A stretch of 64,000 nt of DNA, taken from contig NW_024704752.1 in the NCBI RefSeq assembly GCF_018977255.1, forward strand, positions 16,988,001 to 17,052,000, given 5' to 3'. Every line of letters starts with the position of its first letter. Within the stretch, counting starts at the first letter, position 1. Shown piece by piece: positions 61,110-64,000 of the stretch. A program made the translations under genes and the position numbers. This DNA is from Callorhinchus milii (taxonomy: Eukaryota). The notes beneath the pieces were generated by a model that saw only the letters and a program-made list of their open reading frames with translations, was not told the origin of the DNA and did no database searches.

Positions 61110-61830
61110 AGTTGGTCATTCGATGTCCGACAAGCGCAGGTTTGACCCTCACGAGGTGGATGGTGGGTACCAGGCACTCCCTGCGAGCTTTCTGGTGGGC
61201 AGCACAGTTCAGCATGAAATGCGTGAGAGTATTGCCACCATCTTCCTGCCCGCAGCTCAAGCACACTTCCCTTCCCATTGAGCGATGGTTCCACCAATCG
61301 GAGGAGCAAAGTTTAAGCAGCAGCTGCTTACCTCTGTGCAAGTCGATCGAGATACTACGCAGTTCCCATCGCTCTTCCAAGACACTTACACCTTTTGGGC
61401 CAATATCCTTCAAACTGGGAATAATCTGATCTGTGTAATAAGTGTGAAGCAATGGTGAAGTCATTGAGTACAGCAAATTTAAGCATTCATGCTTAAACCT
61501 GGTAAGTTTGTATTCCAAGGAATGTTTGCTAACTTAATTACTAAAGGCTGCTGCACGAAAGGACTCTCACAGCCCTGCTGGGAGCTGAAAAGCCTCTTGA
61601 TATTGGCTGCGATTGCCATGATCAACAATAGTTGGCTCCATGTCAACTGTAATAAATCTGCAAAGATGAGTCTGCAGACCCCCCGATAAATGTACAAACC
61701 TTCAAAAATGAAGGGCCAATTTTCGCGAACCTGTGGGAGAATAACCTGACGTTGAATAAAGATTTGCTTGGCAATCTTATCGAGAGAGCCAACTGGGAAT
61801 GTTTCCAAGAGCCGAGTGTGGAAATTCACG
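61110..61830 (-). mobile_element. Very old non-LTR retrotransposon ORF2 C-terminal relic with CCHC knuckle
   Basis: GREVCLSCGQEDGGNTLTHFMLNCAAHQKARR fits C-x2-C...H-x4-C of LINE C-termini; two overlapping frames. The upstream extent is uncertain. Confidence 0.45.
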
Positions 61831-63454
61831 AGGCTGCTTATGTATATCTTTGGCCTCGCTCAACAAAAACAAATCTAGATATCCTGCCAGGGCTGTGTGT
61901 TCGGTTTCAATGGTAGCACCACACAATCCCTTTGTACGTTAAAAAGAAATTCCTGGACTTTTACATCTATCGACGGCTAATTTCAAACATTAAGCTCCTC
62001 TTCCAATGTTGGAATCGGTTCTCTTTCACTAACGCCAACAGAAAAATCAGCCACGATCCGAACGGAAAGCCTGGCCAGCCCTCGAGTGCATATACACGAT
62101 ACAAATACAAGCAGACACAAACATGATGTAGCATTTAGTCACAGTTGTTACCTGACTGGTTGACCCAGCCTCAAGATTGATACTTTAATTAAGAAATGCT
62201 CAGACGTAGCAAGAAATGCGCAGGAAAGTGCAGTTGTTTCGTCTTTTGGGACGACCTTAATCTGTGTGCAATTCACCTATGAATGTGTAGAGCGTCCAGG
62301 CCATTATATCTGGGAAACAAAACCATTAGGAAGTCGGTAGAATGACCCACATAGACATGCCAAACTATACTTTGTGCAAAACATTTCTCCAAGCTGTGTT
62401 TTTTTAAAATAATGCTTTTCTGTCAGCAGCCTGAGCGGTAATAGGATAGATATATGTCTTGCTCTATTTGTTATATGTCCCAATTTGGTACTGTGACTCG
62501 ATGGTTAATGGTTCTGGAGCCAGGTGAATGCGATACTGAAAGGAAGTGATGCCTGACCCTCTGAGTTATGATACATGTCTCAGTGGTGATTAAGTCAAGT
62601 CACACTGGACCAAGTGAAGAATGATGCGTGACCCGGGATTGCTAATGGAGTGACCCGCATCTGAATGAAGAGTGATGCGCAACCCATTGAGGTTGAAGTC
62701 AAATAAACCCGGCCAAGCGAAAAGTAACTTGTGTCCCCAACGATCCTGAAAAAGTGCTGCCTGATCTACTTACTCGGCGGGGTGTGTAAAACCCAGTGAT
62801 GCTCGAGTGAATCGTGCTGGATTGAATACGACCTGAAACCGACAGTGTGTTCGCAGGATTCTTGTGAGTATCAAAGACAATAACAGTCCGAAGAATATTG
62901 GCATCAGGTTTAAAAGAAACAAAGGGGCACGTCATTAAGTTGCATAAATCGAATCTGTCAGAACCCAACACGAGAAAAGAGTTTGGAGCGAGTTAATTCG
63001 AAAGAGCAATTTTCTAAGGAATCAATATGTGAGAGTGAATTAAGCAATTAGATGGTGATGTAGAGATTTGCAACACAGGAGAAAACCATTCTGTCCATCG
63101 TGCCCGAGTACTAGAATGGTGTAAAGTTTTTTCTTTCAGGATGAAGGTGGTTCAGTGCAAGCAAAAAGTTATGAGATCTAATTTGAGTTTAAACTGACTC
63201 ATGAGAGGATGGAGCAGGTATCTAAAGGCAAAAGGCCTTCGTCGCTTTTGTTGTTGCATGTATGCAGCATTATTATTATTATTAATGTGCTTGACAGTCA
63301 CCTTTTTCTTTAAATGTTACAGTATTTTCAAGCTGTAACATTTGTGAACAATGCCCAATGTGTTTCTGGTATTCTTGCAGAAGAAAGTGAGATGCATAGA
63401 AATGCGCACATAATCAACCCTCAACGTGTTGGAAGTACAGTACAGTTATTCTAT

Positions 63455-63712
63455 CAGTAAGTAGGAACCCAGGTGTTAGTCGATTGGCGGATCACTTTTC
63501 CGGTGGTAATAATCCCTTCAATACAAAAAAATGCGGTCACTTAATCCACGACAGTTTGTGGGACGCTGCTGTGCGCAATTGGCTGCCCCTTTCGCCCACA
63601 AAATATACAGACAATTCACTTTACAGTATATTCTGTGAAGCACTTTTTTGATATAGCGCCTTATCACTTAAGACGTGATAAGGCGCGATATCAAATGCAA
63701 GGATTAATATTA
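63455..63712 (+). mobile_element. 5'-truncated SINE of the older subfamily
   Basis: GTTAGTCGATTGGCGGAT middle region as at 52085, then core and tail. Confidence 0.8.
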
Positions 63713-64000
63713 TCACAGTATATGGCTGTGATTTCACTCAATGAAACCCCAACTGCTGGACTTTGGCAACTCTCTTTCTTACGGAGCTGTTATTTCAGCA
63801 CCACAGGTTCTCTTGATGTTAACGGATACCTTGCTTTCTTACCTGGGGTACCCTTTTCGGAACGACAATCAAAATCACTTAACGGTTGATATATTTGCTT
63901 GACATGTATGTAATACACATCGGGTTTCTTATTTTTTTGCTTCCCCCAAATCGGGGCTTTTTTGATCTCCGTCACACCTCTTAGAAACGCACGCCTTTCA

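Noticed and set aside
50800-64000. Exons of the next syntenic gene (IQCJ/SCHIP1) and isolated AG...GT microexon-like sites (e.g. 59698-59706)
   Set aside because: No recognisable peptide similarity or consistent exon chain.

Overview
Vertebrate nuclear DNA, most likely from a cartilaginous fish (the repeats resemble chimaera/shark SINEs and LINEs), syntenic with human 3q25.32. It contains the last three coding exons of MLF1 (+), a complete 18-exon GFM1 (+, 745 aa) and a 6-exon latexin-family gene nested antisense in GFM1 intron 13 (270 aa). It also contains a complete 17-exon MFSD1 (+, 522 aa) and a single-coding-exon P2Y-like GPCR (-) broken by a 1-nt frameshift. All exon boundaries were read by hand (GT-AG, phases consistent). 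Introns and the last 14 kb carry a young 5'-truncated L2 LINE with an open ORF2, tRNA-derived SINEs sharing its 3' tail, older Deu-domain SINE relics, CR1 fragments and two G-skewed minisatellites. Main leads: (1) the nested gene sits at the LXN position but looks like a secreted RARRES1, and no second family member is visible; (2) the P2Y-like gene is the probable orthologue of the human pseudogene GPR79; (3) MFSD1 has two extra C-terminal exons, no N-terminal dileucine signal and a candidate 12-nt stop microexon; (4) inverted SINEs flank an in-frame block of MFSD1 exons. No prokaryote-type system (CRISPR etc.) is present. No database searches were run, so all homology statements rest on recognition.
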